From: a virus
Lineage: Duplodnaviria > Heunggongvirae > Uroviricota > Caudoviricetes
Virus record (IMG/VR): IMGVR_UViG_3300042691_020576
Strand: one strand, 5' to 3'
DNA: 48,132 bases
In this document: one piece after another, positions 46,215 through 48,132 of the stretch
Layout of the letters: each line of letters starts with the position of its first letter
How positions within the stretch are numbered: position 1 is the stretch's first letter
The notes under the pieces: model-generated
Told to the model about the DNA's origin: nothing
What the model saw: the letters and a program-made list of their open reading frames with translations, nothing else
The model's database searches: none
Made by a program: the position numbers and the translations under genes

Positions 46215-46246
46215 TAAAGATACGAAATACAAGTGATTTAGGCAAA
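46215..46246 (-). promoter_or_regulatory. Promoter TTTG-N20-TATCTTTA
   Basis: One mismatch to consensus; upstream of the ATPase gene. Confidence 0.55.
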
Positions 46247-47320
46247 TCTGATTTTGTCTTTATCGAAGAATGCAAGAGCTTTTTTCAACCAGTTTCGCTC
46301 AACTTCCTCGTTAGTACAGATGATATATATGATGGCTTTTTTCTCTGGATTGTTGTATTCCATAGCCATACATCTATTGATCTTCTGTGCTAGATTTTCA
46401 GCATTACTATCAAAGTAGTTGATAATCACCATGTTAAGTGGTTTATAGGTAACTCCTGTGTTACCTATCTTCACCACTGCTAAGTGATTACCTTCACCTT
46501 CAGCAAACTTGTCAAACACTTCTTTCTCTCCAGCCTTGCTGTGATAGGAAGGAATTCCCAACTCATCAGCAATCTTTGTCACACCACAAAATACAAGAAT
46601 ACGATCATCTTTGTGTTGCTGTAATATTCTTTTGGTAAGTTCCTTTTTAGCAATACTGTTTTGGATGATGCGCATTCTAGCAAGTCTGAGAAACATAGTT
46701 TCCCTACCAACTATCTGGTTGTAATTGATTGCCTTGGTGTAATTATCAAACTGCTGCTTCTCTGTACGAATCTTTCCTTTGAAGTCCATCTTAACTCTGT
46801 TGTCCAAAGGAACTGTTCTAATAATGATTTCGTAGTCTGTAATTACACCTTCCTCAATAGCTTGCTCAATGGGATATTCTGCAACAACTGGTAAATCCAG
46901 TTCTCGCAATAGTGTTTCTTCTGTCCATTTGGACAAGGTGCCTGTTAAGCCAAGCACTACGGGATTATTCTTCAGGAGGTCCTGTGCTGCAACTATTTGA
47001 TTTTCAGACAGTAAGTGAATTTCATCAATCACCACAATATCAAACACCTCATCCACATACTTATGCATAGAAAGGTGTGTAGTGTATGTGACATGATCAT
47101 GATCATCATCATACTTCAGATATTCAAAATCTGCTTTCCAGGAATCTCTGATCTTGTTGTCTGGATAGGCAATGAGTATGCTTTTAGGCTTCAATTTCTT
47201 GAATGCATTGATGCTCGTGCGGATCTTACCAAATCTAGCACATAGATACAATATGCCTCGTTTACCACTGCTTATCCAGGTTTCAGCAAATTCTTTTTGC
47301 CGTTGATCTCTTAATGTCAT
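46238..47320 (-). CDS. Superfamily-2 helicase-like protein
   Basis: Q motif QRQKE, RFGK, VVIDEIH, LGLTGT, QKINR. Confidence 0.75.
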   Translation of the reverse strand: MTLRDQRQKEFAETWISSGKRGILYLCARFGKIRTSINAFKKLKPKSILIAYPDNKIRDSWKADFEYLKYDDDHDHVTYTTHLSMHKYVDEVFDIVVIDEIHLLSENQIVAAQDLLKNNPVVLGLTGTLSKWTEETLLRELDLPVVAEYPIEQAIEEGVITDYEIIIRTVPLDNRVKMDFKGKIRTEKQQFDNYTKAINYNQIVGRETMFLRLARMRIIQNSIAKKELTKRILQQHKDDRILVFCGVTKIADELGIPSYHSKAGEKEVFDKFAEGEGNHLAVVKIGNTGVTYKPLNMVIINYFDSNAENLAQKINRCMAMEYNNPEKKAIIYIICTNEEVERNWLKKALAFFDKDKIRFA

Positions 47321-47589
47321 ACACTTTTTATGTAATGTCCTTCTTTGTCCATCAAATGCCTCACTGAAAATCTATTATCCAGCTTGTTAATAATAGATTG
47401 TGATAAATCATGAATTGCTACAGCAATTTCAGGTTTATGGAAGGTCCACATGTTTAGATACATAAACAACTCATTGAATGAAAGAAATGGTTTATGCTTT
47501 TCACGATCAAACTTCTCTACATAATAGTTGTAGACAATCATAGCTCCATTACCATCGTTTCTAAGTTGAAGGTACTCTTCTCTTGTCAT
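47317..47589 (-). CDS. Hypothetical protein
   Basis: Packed ORF. Confidence 0.5.
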   Translation of the reverse strand: MTREEYLQLRNDGNGAMIVYNYYVEKFDREKHKPFLSFNELFMYLNMWTFHKPEIAVAIHDLSQSIINKLDNRFSVRHLMDKEGHYIKSV

Positions 47590-47752
47590 GAATTAAGATT
47601 GAAAGGTTCCAAAATAACCACTCAAAGTTTACCACTGTATAACGTTCTGATTTACATCTCACTACAGAAATCGTAGGGATAATCACTAATTGCCACATAT
47701 CATCCTTCTCATGAGGAGTTGTGGAGAATAATTTAACTTCCATAGTGTACAC
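47561..47752 (-). CDS. Hypothetical protein
   Basis: Short packed ORF. Confidence 0.4.
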   Translation of the reverse strand: MYTMEVKLFSTTPHEKDDMWQLVIIPTISVVRCKSERYTVVNFEWLFWNLSILIHDKRRVPST

Positions 47753-47755
47753 TGT

Positions 47756-48130
47756 CTACTTGTTTAGGAAATACGTTTTGTCTAAAATTGACTGATAGAT
47801 GTCCTCAGTCATGTCTCTTTTTCTTGGGAGTTCCTTGAACATACCAATCTGGCCCATAAAGCCCAAACCAATACGCACATCATCCTCTCCATAGGAATTC
47901 TTAATGAGCCTCAAGCTCCTGAAATACTTTGCACCAAAATCATCCTTGAGCTTCTCTAGTTCATATCCTGAAGGATCAGCAACCTTATATCGCATAGGAT
48001 CAAACAATGCTAACACAATATCAGCATCGTTCTGCGTGGATGATGAATCTGCAAAATCTTCTAGCTGGGGCTCTACATCACCATTCTTGATACGAATAGG
48101 ATTTGAAATCTCACGGTTAAACTGACTAAC
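47756..48130 (-). CDS. dnaB: Replicative DnaB-type helicase, C-terminal part (truncated by window edge)
   Basis: Frame open to window end: VSQFNR...PQLEDFADSSSTQNDADIV (H3/H4 motifs). Confidence 0.8.
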   Translation of the reverse strand, partial: VSQFNREISNPIRIKNGDVEPQLEDFADSSSTQNDADIVLALFDPMRYKVADPSGYELEKLKDDFGAKYFRSLRLIKNSYGEDDVRIGLGFMGQIGMFKELPRKRDMTEDIYQSILDKTYFLNK

Positions 48131-48132
48131 CA

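Noticed and set aside
1-48132. Stop-codon reassignment as in some crAss-like phages
   Set aside because: TAG, TGA and TAA all end well-formed genes (e.g. 14735, 17896, 6961) and long ORFs are intact in the standard code
1-48132. tRNA or rRNA genes
   Set aside because: Intergenic gaps are short and no cloverleaf or T-loop signature was seen by eye; tRNAscan was not run

Overview
A 48-kb piece of a large dsDNA phage genome of Bacteroidota, crAss-like (Crassvirales-type) in gene content and layout, using the standard genetic code. The + strand (1-26754) is the late/virion module. It holds the end of one giant virion protein and a 1900-aa multi-domain one, tail/fibre genes, a lysis cassette, small decoration-like paralogues, a ferritin-like gene and a block of very basic proteins. 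The - strand (26785-48132) is the replication/nucleotide module: GT2 pair, GroES-like, dUTPase, RecA, class II RNR, exonuclease, HNH/EndoVII, rIIA/rIIB, UDG, primase, SSB-like, AAA ATPase, SF2 helicase and the DnaB C-terminus. The most striking feature is a probable phage protein O-glycosylation system. A glycosyltransferase whose motifs match plant SERGT/HPAT peptide O-glycosyltransferases sits between two poly-Thr mini-proteins. A GT4+TibC-like fusion is inserted antisense beside the tail fibre. Also notable are basic proteins built from modules joined by a repeated K-[AML]-[QKE]-x-G motif, an NTase plus RecB-nuclease giant virion protein, an EndoVII gene inside a split terminator hairpin, and several apparently leaderless promoters. 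All family assignments are by eye from motifs; no database searches were run.
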